Assembly (NCBI GenBank): GCA_038496445.1
Contig: JALMLS010000627.1
Span: 1 to 64,000, forward strand
Length of the DNA: 64,000 nt
DNA from: Trichosphaerium sp. ATCC 40318
Lineage: Eukaryota > Protista > Tubulinea
Reading direction: 5' to 3'
Below, piece by piece: positions 38,248 to 51,200 of this stretch; position 1 is the first letter of the stretch, and each line of letters begins with the position of its first letter. Both the position numbers and the translations under genes were made by a program. The notes under the pieces are model-generated. The model was not told the DNA's origin. It made no database searches and saw nothing but the letters and a program-made list of their open reading frames with translations.

Positions 38248-41200
38248 ATGTCGAAACAAAAGGGCGTTTCGCTGTTAATACGCAATTTAACGTCACACAC
38301 CCTTAAACTAGCAGAAAAGAAAATAGATCATGGACAATGGGGTAAAGGTGGTTCTTTACAACCCCCATCGACTATGAAACCAAAGGGTTCCGTTTCTATA
38401 TCAGCAGAGCCACGCTCGTGCGTTTTTAGTATTTTGATGCTTATGTACTAAATAAGTTACAGGAGCGTACTTGGTAGTGGCCGTTGCGAAGGTAGTGTAA
38501 TTTATTCATGCTCAACGTCTTCGCCTGCTGTAAAATTCATATTCAAGTGGAAACGCTCGCGCTCTGCAAAAGCCAAGTACGTTATTACCTCTTTGGCATT
38601 CAATTAACTTTGGTATTTAAGCTTTTCGTATTCTGTTGATCCTCCAAACCAAGCGGAGACGTGGTTGTTTTCTCAAACGTCCGATAATGGTCACTCGACG
38701 GTTTACGAAATAAAACAAAAAAAGAAACCTGTAACAGGTACATCTCTTTTTCCATTTTGTGTCTGTACAGTTTATTAAGCGTCGCATTAGATATTACCAA
38801 TCCAGAGGAAGCCGAAAAAGCATTAAAACAGATTGGCGTTGAAATTAAAGAAGCGACAAAGGCACGTACCACTTCCTCTTATAAATCCTTGATTAAATGG
38901 CTCTTTAATATTAATGGATTATTCAGGCAAAAGCAGGTCTTGATAAGATGCTTGAAACCTATGTTAGGACAAACACTCAACCGCCTGATCATGTACGCAA
39001 TCAAATGGCGGAATTGGAGACGAGGTTGGAATCCTTGGCTCAAGACAAAGAGTACTTGACGCGTCTCATACAAGGTGACAGCTCGGCACCAACTACAATA
39101 GCATCAGTTGGTGATGGTGGAGCTCCAATGCGGGCTACAGTGTTGTACGACTATGATGGAAATGGCAAATCAGAGCTCGTTCTAAAGTAAGTCTTGGCAG
39201 TCACGTCTATTTTTTCCTGGTCCTAAGACTCACAACCTGTGTATAGGCAAGGTGAAGTTATCGAAGTTCTAGAGCAACACGATGACGGTTGGTGGTTAGG
39301 ATCAGCTAATGGCAAAAAGGGCTACTTCCCAGGATCATACGTGGAGATTGAGGAGGATCAAGGCGCTGCAACTATTAAGCGTGCAACTGTACTTCACGAC
39401 TACCAAGCAGACGGAGAGGTATAATTATTTTAGCACAAGGTGGATATCAACCAATAAATTAGGGCGAATTGACAATCACACAAGGAACAATTATAGAATT
39501 GTATGAATGGGATGAAAACGAGGATTGGTGGCAAGGCTCTTACGAAGGGGTTACTGGATTCTTTCCACGGACGTATGTGCAAATCGTTGAGGATGACGCC
39601 TCCGAATCCACGCCAGAAGCAGAAAGCGAACCTGCCAGCGATCAAGTATCGACAACGTCTTCGCAACCGTCTGTGTCTCATGGCAAGGACAAAGACAAAA
39701 AAGAAAAGAAGTCGAAAAGAAAGAAGGACAAGAAACACAAAAAGTCGAAACAAAAGAAATCCGAAGAGAAAAGCAGTGAGGCACCAAAGGTTGAGGAAGA
39801 ACCTCCTGCTGAGCCGCCTGCCCCTGAGCCAGTTCAAGCCAAAGTTGAGTCAGATGGCAGAGCACGTGGTGAAGTACGTCACTAGTGATGTTGTTTATGT
39901 CTAGCTTATATCTCTCTTTTATTATAGGTGCTGTATGATTACGAAAAGGATGGTGAAGGCGAATTAACTGTCCGCACTGGACAAATCATTTATTTGATAG
40001 ATTATCCTGACACCGAAGATTGGTGGGAAGTCGAGGTTGATGGCGAAGCTGGATTCATTCCTAAAACGTTTTGTAAAATTTTGGAAGATGATGCGCCAGC
40101 TGCGGCTACAGAGCATGTTGAAGCAGCAAGTGAATCCATTGAAGCTACGAACGAACCTGCAGATGTTGCCAATGAGCCTGCAGAGGAGAAATCCGAAGTC
40201 GTGGATGAAGCTGAAGTGAGCCAAGCCAGTGAACCTCCTGCAGAAGCCAGCGCTGAACCTGTTGAAGAATCAAGCGAACCTGATACTACCGACAAGACTA
40301 CAAAAGAAAACCAGCCAGAGACCAAGGCACCTGCTAAGAATCCACGTACAGCATTGGTTATCTGTGACTATACAGCAGAAGGGTCTGATGAAATTCCTCT
40401 TAAACAAGGTCATTACAGTTTGTCAGTAATGATAATTGCTTACGTAAAGTAGGCGCTAAGGTTATTGTTTACAATTGGGAAGGCGATGATTGGTGGGAAG
40501 GCGAGTCAGAGGGCCAGCATGGCTACTTTCCATGCTCGTATGTTCAACTGTCGAGCCGTGCTAAGGTACTTACTGGAACTCTGCTAACCGCACCAACACT
40601 AATTTATGTAGGTTCTGTTTGATTACAACAAAGAAGGCGAAAACGAAGTTACAGTGAAGGAAGGTGACATTGTATTGTTGAGAGAGAACGATCCTAACGA
40701 GGAATGGTGGGAAGCTGAGTTGGAAGATGGTCAAATTGGCTTTATTCCACGTACCTATTGCGAAATACTGCCTGAAGAGGATGATGTCACTCCTCCCGAT
40801 TCACAAAAAGCTCCTGTTGCTCAATCTGAAGACCCAGAACCAGAACAACAAGCACAGGAAGAGGATGTTGAGGCTCCAACTGAAGAACCAGTACGCCTTG
40901 CGTATTGTACTAGCTATTTGTCTAATTTTTCACAAGCCACAACTACCACAACATGCGGCTCCCGAGGAACCTCCACAGGCCGAACCGGAACCAAAACAAG
41001 AACTTGAAGACTCTACCAAATCAGAGCCAGAACCTGAACCTGAACCTGAACCTGAAGCTAAGGAACCTGAAGAATCTACCAAATCAGAGCCAGAAATTAA
41101 ACCTGAAGAATCTGCCGAGTCTGAGCCAGAGCAAGCAGATGAATCTACAGAAGAAACCTCCGAACCTGAACCAGAACCAAAAGAACCTGAAAAAGAAAGT

Positions 41201-42205
41201 TCAGAGGAAGAAGCACCGAAGCAAGCAGAAAAAGATGATGCAAATACAGTGTCGGCAGAGGAATTGGAGCGCGCTTCAGAGAAGATAGCAAAGCTAGAAA
41301 TGGAAATAAAAGAGCGAGAGCTCAGTGTCGAAGAGCACCGTGTTCAAATTGCGGCTTTGAAAAAGAAAATGTCGCAACAAGAGGCTGCTATCGAAGAGAA
41401 TGAAGGCAAGGTGCAAAATTTGGTAGCGACAGTCGAAGCCAAAAAACAAACAGCCAAGGAATTGCAAGATGCCAAGGAAAAACTTGAAGAACAAATAGAA
41501 GAGTTCAAGGCACAAATCGAGGAGTTACAAAAACAAAACGCAAGCGCTCAGGACAAAGAACAAGTTGAAGAGATACAACAACAATACAAAGAGAAACTCG
41601 CTCAATTAGAAAAGGAGCTCACTACCAAACTCGAACAAGAGAAAAAGGATACCGCTGCAAAAGCGGAGGAAGCAGCACGCCTGAGCAGCAAGATTGCACA
41701 GCTTGAAAAAGAAAGCGCCACAGCCTTACAAACGAAAGACGAGCAAATTAACAACTTGAAACAACAGATTGCAGATGCTGAAAAACGCAATGCTGAATTA
41801 GCTGCCAAAGAAAAAGAAATTAATGATTTGAAGGCTGCCGTTGCCAAAAAAGAAGCAGAACTGAAACAAGCCAAAACGCGCAGGTTCGGTCTCAAGAAAA
41901 TGTCACCTCGCAAAAAAGCACCACGCAGAGGGCCACTCCCAAAGAGGCCAGTGCCTAAACGACCAAAGATTCCTAACCGAGGGCTTCCAAAGAGGCCAGT
42001 ACCAAAGATGACGCGAAAGAAGAGTATTGCCCCTGAGAAAAATGCTCCACCTGTTCCTGGAGGCAGACCGGCAGCGCAACCCAAACGCTGGTCAGTAAAG
42101 AATGTGAACAATATTATACCAAAGCAAGACCGTGTGGTAAGCATGCCAGTCTCTAGCGATTTTAAAAAGCGAAGACAGTACTTTGAAACAATTGGCAAGA
42201 AGTAG
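38248..42205 (+). CDS. Aegerolysin-like beta-sandwich + HR1-like coiled coil + five SH3 domains + acidic PE linker + long coiled coil + Pro/Arg tail
   Basis: IRNLTSHTLKL..IDHGQW..PP..I.AE..GRCEGSVIY; AKAGLDKMLETY..VRNQMAE; five SH3s with xLYDY/WW/GxFPxxY motifs (39127-40770). One apparent indel near 38717 and a GC-AG intron at 38862-38926. Confidence 0.8.
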
Positions 42206-42359
42206 AATTCATTCTCAAATGTAACAAGGTTGTGCTGTAATATAAAAAAGAAAGGTTTTGTAAAACAAAAAGCATGCAAGTTAGTTATTTGGCGAAGCAC
42301 GTGCATATTTTCATATTTTGATATCTATTTTTAGAATACGCTAGTAGCGATAAGTGTTT

Positions 42360-42740
42360 TTTAACTAAAATGTTACAAAGTTCTTGGATAAGAACAAGGA
42401 CGCCTTAAAAGATAGTCTCGTTGATATGATTCGTAAGAGTAAGGACCCTATGATCCAAAATCTACTTCAGAAAGCGAAAGTATTCCGTGGTAAACCTGTG
42501 ACAGTCGGTACACAATTCAGGGTATGATATTAGAAAAATTCTGAAGAACGCTTAAAGTTAACATATCTTTAGATGCAACTCACCAATTTGATGGAACGTA
42601 TCACATGACTGATCCACACTGGATTAGGTAGGTTTTTAACTTTGGTTTGATGGGGTATTAATATAACCTTAGGTGTATCAAACCTAACCTGTTGAGACGG
42701 CCTAATGTCTTCAACGGAGGTCAAGTACTTCAACAACTAA
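42360..42740 (+). pseudogene. Myosin motor-domain fragment retaining two introns
   Basis: FLDKNKD...TVGTQFR|MQLTNLMERI..TDPHWIR|CIKPN...FNGGQVLQQL; frameshift, upstream stop, no flanking myosin sequence. Confidence 0.88.
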
Positions 42741-45330
42741 ATTGTTCGAGCACCGTATATACACACAACATTTTCAAATAAGGCACGAGCCACAGTTTTA
42801 GACTTTTATCTGGTAGGCATACAGCTATGGTATAGTGTGTATAATAGTCAGTGCTGGAAAGAATTGAGAATTTTGAGGGTGTGAAATAGGAGTGAAATTG
42901 CGTAAAACCCACAGGGTGTACTATGCCATTGATATTGACGTAATTTACAGCAACAGGACGTATGGGATGTCTTGATAGAGCATCTGAGTCAGATTTTAAA
43001 TACGATGAATAATAGAAAGGTAAATAGACCAACGGTTCATTTTTGAATCCGGATTTTAATAGTAACTAATGCGATCTGTAGTACTCAACTTCGTGTAAAA
43101 AGAAAGAACATTTTTTTGGTTTTAGTTTACTTTTGTGTTGCCGTACACGTTCAAGAACTAATTTCAAGCTATAAATATGTTCCTCGAAAGTTTTGAAAAG
43201 ACGATAATGTAGTCAATGTATACAAGGCAATGTTGCCATTTTAAACCAGAAATAACTAGGTTTACGTACCTTTGCCAAGTTGCAAGTGCATTGGATACAC
43301 CCATAATGGGCGTTACAACCCATTCGTAGAGTCCAGATTTGTCGATAAAGGCTGTTTTCTCAACGGAGTTTCTTGCTATCTTTAGCTGATGAAACCCACT
43401 GGTAGATCCATTATTGAGAAATAGACTGAGCCTATGAGAGCTTCTAGTGCATCATCTACCCTTGGGAGTGGGTATACATCACGCTTTGTCACTGAGTTCA
43501 AAGACCTATAATCTATACAAAGTTGTAAAGTACCATCTTTCTTTTTACTAATTACAATAGGTGCTGCCCAAGGATAGTAGCTTAGCGTACCCTTTTTATA
43601 AATCGTCTGTAGTAACCAGTTTTTCGTAGACATGAAGAAGTCTTCTCTTTATCTTCATCTGCCATAGTGATTTGCCAATAACCGGATGTCTAGTTGACTG
43701 AGATAAATAACTTAGCGTCTCCAATACAATCCAAGGTGTCATCTAAGCGGTGGAATGGGATAGTTATCCCTTTTGTTATTTTGTTTAATCTACGAACCTT
43801 TTCCATCTTTCTTTGGTGCAGCCATTCGGGTTGGAATATGAAATAACATTATAGTTCGACATGTCGTTAATATGCTTTTTTTATTCTCATTAGAAGCTTT
43901 ACAGCTCTTTCTGTAGAGCTGACAAGAGCGTTAGTACCTGTCAATACGATGGCGAATTCTAGTATTGACAGTGTTGGAAGTGCCAGGTGTACTAAACAAA
44001 TGTTGATTTGATTAAATGAGCTTCAACAACTGCGCTCTTTGATCAATACTAATATGGACCAATAACATTGTGTCCTTTTGAGAAACAAGACGAGGATAAG
44101 ACAAAAGTTTTTTATTTATTTTTGGGTTTTGTTGTGCTTAAGCCTGAGCAGATAGTGTCTTCAAAGGCCTCCGTTGTTTATATGGCCAAGGTAATCATTA
44201 AATATGAGAGGCGTCAGTTACATAAGCTATTTGAGGGCACGTACTTAAGGCAGGTTTGGTTTTGTGAAGCCATTGTGAATCTGAAACTTACCCACAACAG
44301 TATAAGCACAGGAGCTGTATCAACTTGAAGAGTTGTTGGCGTAGAAGTTAGGCATAATAGTATTCCAATAAGGCCTAGACACGCTTGCCAAGGCAACAGT
44401 AATGACAGTTTGTAGTGCCAGTGAGTCGTCGTTAATAGGAGTGAAGCTGTTCTCTACCTAGTGAAGCATGGCGCTGAGATCTGTTGACATCAGCACAACA
44501 TTCAAAGAGATGACGCATTGTCGCAACAATATTACTGTACATGTTCATGCTCGTGGGAGGCAAAGTGAAGGAGCTTGTGATTAATCCAGAAGTCTGGTTA
44601 GGAAGGAACGGCATAGGTGCGTCCGAGCCAACAGGAGAAGAGACTTTGGGAAATGGTTGTAGCTCTGCATCCAACCAAGCTTGCTAGAGCTTCCATTTGG
44701 ACGTTTTCGCCATTAGGGTCAGTGTCCATGTCATCATTGACAACGTTTGGACATGGCTCAGGTACAGCGTCACCATCCTAAATGCCACCAGTACTAGGAG
44801 AAGAGTTAGAATATGAGGCCGGTGCAGTAGTGTCAAAACATTTGACGCTAGAAAAAAGTGTATTTTTGTTTGAATGAACATTATTTTGTTTGTTGTAACA
44901 AGAAAATCGAGAAGAGCTGCTGTGGCGTTGATCACTACACGTAAAGTTTTTATTTAATTTTGGTAAAACGGTGTTGATTAAAGTTCTTGCACCGAAAATT
45001 ATTGTCAAAGTTGCAGTTTTGATTGTCATGCCGTTGATAGCGTCTATTAGGCGCTATCGGCTGGTTTGTTGGCTAGGAGTTGCCAATATTTTGCATCCAG
45101 AACGTCATGAGAGAGTTGTTGATATTAGACGTCACTATGACAACGAGAATGACAGTTTGAACAACTGATTTTTACCGTTCCTCTCTATCTTCCGGTGAGG
45201 CTTCAACCGATCAAATCGTAGAATGCTACGATCAAGCAGTGTTCGAAATACTACGATCATCACAATAAAGCACAAAAATGAAGGACAGACACATATTGAG
45301 ACGTAAACTGAAAACCAGCGATGCAATTAC
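42741..45330 (-). mobile_element. Decayed Ty3/Gypsy retrotransposon remnants (two RT segments, RNase H end, integrase piece, putative gag region; upstream limit approximate)
   Basis: PWAAPIVISKKKDGTLQLCIDYRSLN..YPLPRVDD, KTAF, CLVYIDYIIVFSKTFEEH; second RT piece RLDDTLD..SGYWQI..DKEKT; DALSRHP; TDYYT..LPDK..VARALFENVVCIYG. Many stops and frameshifts. Confidence 0.85.
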
Positions 45331-46086
45331 CAAAGTTTACTTTTCCGTTTGCGTTACACATTGCAGCATGAGCGATATGCTGTAAGCGTTTTTCCCGGTT
45401 CTAATGAGAGGGCCTGTAACAATTTGACTTGTGCATAGTGAAAAGTGATACGGAATGCAACATGCAGCTTTCTTGTAAATATTACAGAGTTTTTTGGCGA
45501 ACATAGCTTGTGTAAGGGTGAATACGCTTTGAACAACTATTTATGGTTCCAATTACGCTCAATGCAACCTCAGTACTGTGTATGTGTACACCTTGAGCGT
45601 TGCAACCTCAAAACAAAATAGCTCACAAAACAAACAAGGGTTTGAGCGAGAGCCTTAAAAGAAGGATCACTCGGTGCTTTGTCTAGATACTACACTACCG
45701 AAAAAACATCAGAAAAGAAGTTGCACAAGAAATTAAATTAAGGGTACCTTATGTTGTATCGACGCCAGGTAGAGTATTGAGAGTTGGGCGATGGAAAAAA
45801 GACAAAAAACCACAACGGAGCTGCACAAGGTAACAGTAAACCCTTATCACCTACGAATGGGATACCTCTACAATAAAAGCCAAACAAAGTTCAAGCTAAT
45901 ACTCCTGTGTTGTTGCAGCGTTAAGTCTTCCTCCACAAGAAGCAAAGTCATGCCTTTTCTTTAGTGGTAGTTTTTTTTTTTGGGTTGACTTTCTTTCATC
46001 TGCCATGAAATTCACGGATGTACATATAATGGCGAACTACACTTAACTATAAACCACAAAATAAAAGGTGGAGGCACCAACCAAGA

Positions 46087-46220
46087 TGAGCATGGCACGT
46101 TCAAATCGTTGGTGAGGTGTTAACATACGTAAATGATTAAAACGAAAATTACAAAGCTTGGCGATCTTCTTAGATGAGCACAAACCACATATCTTTTCGT
46201 TACTCAACCTGGATTATTTG
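46087..46220 (+). mobile_element. Degenerate LINE APE-endonuclease N-terminal fragment
   Basis: VNIRK*LKRKLQSLAIFLDEHKPHIFSL resembles the NIRxLxxK..L....PDI..LxET start of non-LTR ORF2. Confidence 0.45.
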
Positions 46221-47642
46221 AACAACCAAAAAGGACAAAGTTAAACATTACAATAGAATGATACAATATGAATTCCATTTATTCGGCTATTCAGATGCTG
46301 AACTAACAAGCTCATCTGAAAATAAAAAAATTGCAAATGCATGTTGTTTATCATGCCATTACATTTTGTACTTCATCATTATTTTATGGAGCCTCTCGTG
46401 GCCCTCAATAGGGGTTTTGAATTAACAGCAAAGCAGCTATGCAATCTAGTTATTAACAACAGTACAGTTATTGAAAAGAAAAAAAAAAACGTTTGGCAAA
46501 CCGTTTTATGACTTGTTTAGGCAATGACACGCTAGAAAAACTAGGTGGAGCCAAGAAACTAGCTGAGCTCTTGAAAGCTGATCCATTGGACGGTTTACAT
46601 AACAGTGAAGGTCCTAATTACGACGAAAGGCTTAAAATGCATCTTGTTATTTGAAAAAAAAACATGTTTCCGTAAAGAGTTTCTCTAACTCCACTAGATA
46701 CGGTGATAACGTTCCAAAAACGCCTCCAATGCCTTCTTTTGTTTCGTGTATTTGTGCAGCGCATGTTGACGTGTGTTTGGTGCGTTGTAGGGTCATTGAC
46801 GGCCTGTTTCATTGTGTGTAGATAATTCTTGCTCTGGTTTGTGCCACTTCAAGTGTACGTTATCGGCATTTTTGATCATTATCTGATACTCTAACAGGTT
46901 GTTGCGTTTGTACTAGGCGAAAATAACCGCACAGATTGGATGGAAAGTGCAGTAATTTTATTTGTTGGCAACTATGAAATATATTCTTTGTTTCGCGCAA
47001 TGATTGACGGTGACAGTATCAACCATTCCGTTGTATTCATTCCAAAACGTACGGCTGATTCTCCAACCTACCAAGATTCAAGCACAGCATGACAACTATT
47101 CTTTTTATATCGACATGCAGGTGTTTTGGCAGTTAACTCATCCTGATTGTTATCTTGGCTTACTCTCAAGCGTTGCTGTGTAACGCGCTGCAAATTATTA
47201 GTTTTAAATCCTAAAATAGTTTTGATTACACTGACACGTGATATATTTAGATTGAATAAATCGGTTGATTACACATGCTCGTTTACGTTTCTAGTCTGAT
47301 GTTAAGATTCGCGTAATGTATTCACGATGTTTCTCGTGAGATTTCATATAAAACTTAATGATAGAGGGCTTATTGTCACGTTTCTGCTTTAAGAATGACC
47401 GTGATCAACCCTAAAAGCGGTAGTATAGACTATAAACTATACCATACCATTAAATAGGTTGATAAAGCTCCAATACATAGTATTAGCACTCGCTAACACT
47501 AGGTATCGCGAAAGAAGTGCTCGTGCAGCAAAGAGTTTATCGAGGAAACCAAATAAAAATTGTGGTTGTCACGTCATTCTTGTTCACTGACTTGAAAAAA
47601 AATCAAAATCAATAACAACCAACACAAACAACAACAAGCTAA

Positions 47643-48547
47643 ATGTCAAACAAACAAACATCAACCAACAACAAGACAAAGAAACCTGTCACTCAAAAGA
47701 AGAAACCATCAAAGGCACCAGTGTACGTTAATTTATCGTCAAGTGAAATCCAATGATTACTGACACTCTTCATGATAGTACAAAGAAACCCACAGTTAAC
47801 CCTGCAACTGTTGGAGGAGGTGTCGGAGGCACATTCATGAAGTCATTGCGTATGTTCTAAAGCCTGTGATGTATTCTAACAGTTTATGATAGCAAAACCT
47901 TGTGGTGTTGCTGGTTTGGGACCTTGTATCGGAATCATCAGCCCAAATCCAAATGGCACATGTTATTGTGCTCATATCAGCGACTCTTGCTCAATGAGAA
48001 CATGGTGGACACCATACGATAAGATTCAAAAAGCAGTTCGTACTGCTTGGATTGAAGAAAAAATCAAATCTGGTTTAGGTATGTAATTGTTTGCTTTGTT
48101 ACTTTTGTGATCGTGATGTATGACTCACCCTATGGTCTAGGAAATCAACCAATTAGTAAAAGAGCATTTTACGTGATGACAGGAATGCCAAAAGCAAATG
48201 CAACATTTGCGGCTGTACTTGAGGTATTGAAGGGTGCTCGCAAAGTGATCAACAAAACAGGATGTAGAAGGTTTAAAAGTGGATTCTACTTGAATTCCAA
48301 GGGTGTTATTCGTCCACTTGTTGAACCTGATGCACTTTGGGCATGTGGTTGGGTTAAAGGAACAACACTATCACAACGTTATAAGAAGATGCCAAATAAC
48401 AAGGTCAATGGAGATGGCGTATTTGACGTACCTGATATGAAAAAGTTTGATACAGTCGTTTCACAAGTTCGTAAAGTAAAGAAGGGTTTGGTCAGTAAAG
48501 ATGACCCAGCACTCAAAAAATTCAGGCATGTATTGGCGAAGGTATGA
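47643..48547 (+). CDS. Orphan 4-exon protein with a CheD/CNF1/YfiH-like Cys-His motif (putative deamidase)
   Basis: Clean GT-AG splicing gives a Lys-rich N-terminus then GVAGLGPCIGIISPNPNGTCYCAHISD; frame stays open to TGA at 48547. Confidence 0.6.
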
Positions 48548-48971
48548 TCACGTGCGAACTTTCGTATCATTGGAAGATACGCCTTGTATATACTATAAAT
48601 AAACAAACCCTTTAACAATACTTGTTTTATTTTATTCAGCTGAGGTAAGTCACCGACAATATAGGGCTTAGAGTAGCAGTATTTCTAATTTCTAGATTCT
48701 AGAATTTATCTGTAAAGTTAATTAGATGGGCATCTCTCAGAGCTACATGTGGAATCTGTTTTCAAACACCCAAGTATCGACCATCGATTGCAGATAGAAA
48801 GACAGAATAAAATAAAGTCTTCACAACTTGTACCTATTGACCCATCAATGCCGTAATTCAATAACACGATCAAACTTGCTCACAACTACAAAAAAACAAG
48901 ACGGCTTTTTTTTGAAATTTTAAAAACGTTGTTATTACAAGCAATTAAACAAAGGGGTTTGAGTTTTAAAT

Positions 48972-49387
48972 TTATTCGTCATAGTATTCACCTTCTTCTT
49001 CATAATCATCCACAGTATCAGAAGCAACCTCTTCGTAATACTTCTCCAAAGCACCCAAATCTTCACGAGCTTCGCTAAAGTCGCCTTCCTCCATGCCTTC
49101 TCCGACATAGCAATGGACCTGAAAGAGAGAACGAAAGTAACTTGGAACAAAGAGCGAAAAAAAATCCAAAAGTTTCTGAGAAACTGAACGTACAAAAGCG
49201 CTTGGCGAACATCAAATCGAATTTACGGTTGATGTGTGAAAATGTTTCAGCAATTGCTGTAGTGTTAGCAAGCATAAGAACAGCTCGGTAAACCTTTGCT
49301 AGGTTGCAACCAGGTACAACTGTAGGTGGACGGTTGTTGATACCGCACTTGAAACCAGTTGGACTCCAGTCTACAAATTGAACGTTT
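48972..49387 (-). pseudogene. Alpha-tubulin C-terminal fragment retaining an intron
   Basis: [31 protein letters not shown]|[21 protein letters not shown]; 2-nt deletion at KRAF, conserved W>C and D>Y changes, no upstream tubulin exons. Confidence 0.9.
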
Positions 49388-49599
49388 CTAGAGGAAAAAA
49401 GTCAACACCGAGTCACTTTGCGTAAGTGGCCTGGTAATCGTTTTTTCATTTTCTAGTTTTTGACTGGTCCAATGTAATAGAAGTTACTTCCTAAATTAAT
49501 GCTTGAAATTGCCTTTTTTAGCTTGTTAGCAAAGATGGTTTATTTGTGAGTGCCCCTAAGAACCTTGAAGAAACGTTCCAACTAGGTAGGTATGACTCA

Positions 49600-51200
49600 A
49601 GGCAAATGATTGTCTATTACCACGGAATGTTTGTGAATGTTTTGGATAACGAATAGTAAGCTCTCTATTGTTGAGAATTACAACGTGGTTGTCGGGCAGA
49701 ACGTATTACTACGCTATTCTTCAACTAAGTCCCGTCTCTCTGACATATTCTCATCTTTCGTGAGTCTATACCGTTATACATAGTGTTTAGAAATCACCCT
49801 CAATACCACAAAAAAGATAATAGTACACTAATGACTTGTTTTACTCGCTTGCAACTAATGAATTCAATTTTTCTAAAAACATCTTATCTTCAGCTGCCCA
49901 ACCGCAGTACCACTCGGGATCATAACTATCGCGACATGCATATTAGCAAGATTAAATGTCCTTAGTACAAGTAAGGTTGACGTACCCTCCAACTCGTTCA
50001 AAGACCGAACTCTTTACTATAACTGATCCTCCCATTGCTGGGTTTTTAACCATATGCCCTCACTAGAGTACTCACCATTCACTTCTTGATTCTTGATCAT
50101 TTTGTTTGTTTCTTTAGAACTCATAAACACAGCAAACGTCATGCCTTGGTAATATTCTTTTTCGGGCTACTAATAATAAAAACCTTTTTTATAAATATCT
50201 AATGACACTTACGTGCTCGTTTACTTCGACCCAGGCCTCTGATAAGAATGGTGTTGGTACGACTATATCAGCGTCATGAAAGATTGTATACTCTGTTTTT
50301 GGTACTAAAAGGAACATGGAGTTGTATAATAAAGCCTTTGGATACATATGACAACCCCAGTAAGCTGCCATATCCTCTAGAAAATTTTGAGAAAGTGAAA
50401 AAATCACGCGCTGCCAACAACGTACTTGGAAAGTGGGTGTAGTCAAGCTTACTGTTCAATGCAATTATCCTGAATAGCTTGTTCTTTGTACCGAAATCCA
50501 TAAGTACAATACGAACAGTCTTGTTATGGTGTTGACGAAAGTGCCTGCAAATCGTAAAACGTGTAAGTTTCTTCTAACGTTTCACAACATTCCAAAGTTT
50601 TGCTTACTCAGATGATATCACGAGAGACTTAACTACGTGTATAACGTTTCTGAAACGAGAACTAGATGTTGGTACGAACTACAAACGGTTTTCTTTTCCA
50701 AGCGATACAGCAGGCCAAAAGCCACTCAATCGCATCGTTTATATCGCAGCTTGATGTAATGCCGAATCTGAAATATTTGTACTGGCGTTGTATTTGTGAA
50801 GTTGATGTCCGAATAACCTTACACGGCTTGAAGTACCGTCAAAAGATTTTACAATGTCTTGTACCACGTTCTGAGCGTTGAATAAAGGCAAGACAACGGA
50901 GAGGAGAGATAGAAAGCTGTCCTTGTGCTGATGCATCAGGATCAAAATTTTGAAATGTCGGAGGAGGTTTCGAAAGAGAAATTCTAGCGGGCTTGTATGT
51001 TGATGGCGGTATTGTACTGCCAGTACTTTGTTTATTTGGCGGTGGCGGCGTTTTATCAGATGTTGGAGTTGTTGTAGGAAGTGATAGTCTCGTCTTTGGT
51101 ATTGTCTAAAGTTCTGTCGTTGTAAGGTCTAGGCATTGCTGTCGTTTGGGTAGTTGAGACAGGTACGTAGCTGTAATGGAGGGTAATATCCAGATCAAAC
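49600..51200 (-). pseudogene. GT-A fold glycosyltransferase (GT7C/GT2-like), frameshifted; ends approximate
   Basis: Pro/Thr stem, NFSRG, TIFHDADIVV (DxD), GGSVIVKSSVFERVGG|YDPEWYCGWAAEDKMF. Confidence 0.7.

Noticed and set aside
4614-42205. Alternative genetic code or stop-codon readthrough
   Set aside because: In-frame stops in the conserved genes I traced fall inside GT-AG or GC-AG introns, and TAA, TAG and TGA all serve as terminators.
41602-42306. 234-aa minus-strand ORF (likewise 54139-54729 and 54654-55295)
   Set aside because: Antisense shadows of low-complexity or repeat-coding plus-strand exons.
42741-46000. Intact LTRs or primer-binding site for the Gypsy element
   Set aside because: No flanking direct repeats or convincing PBS could be seen.
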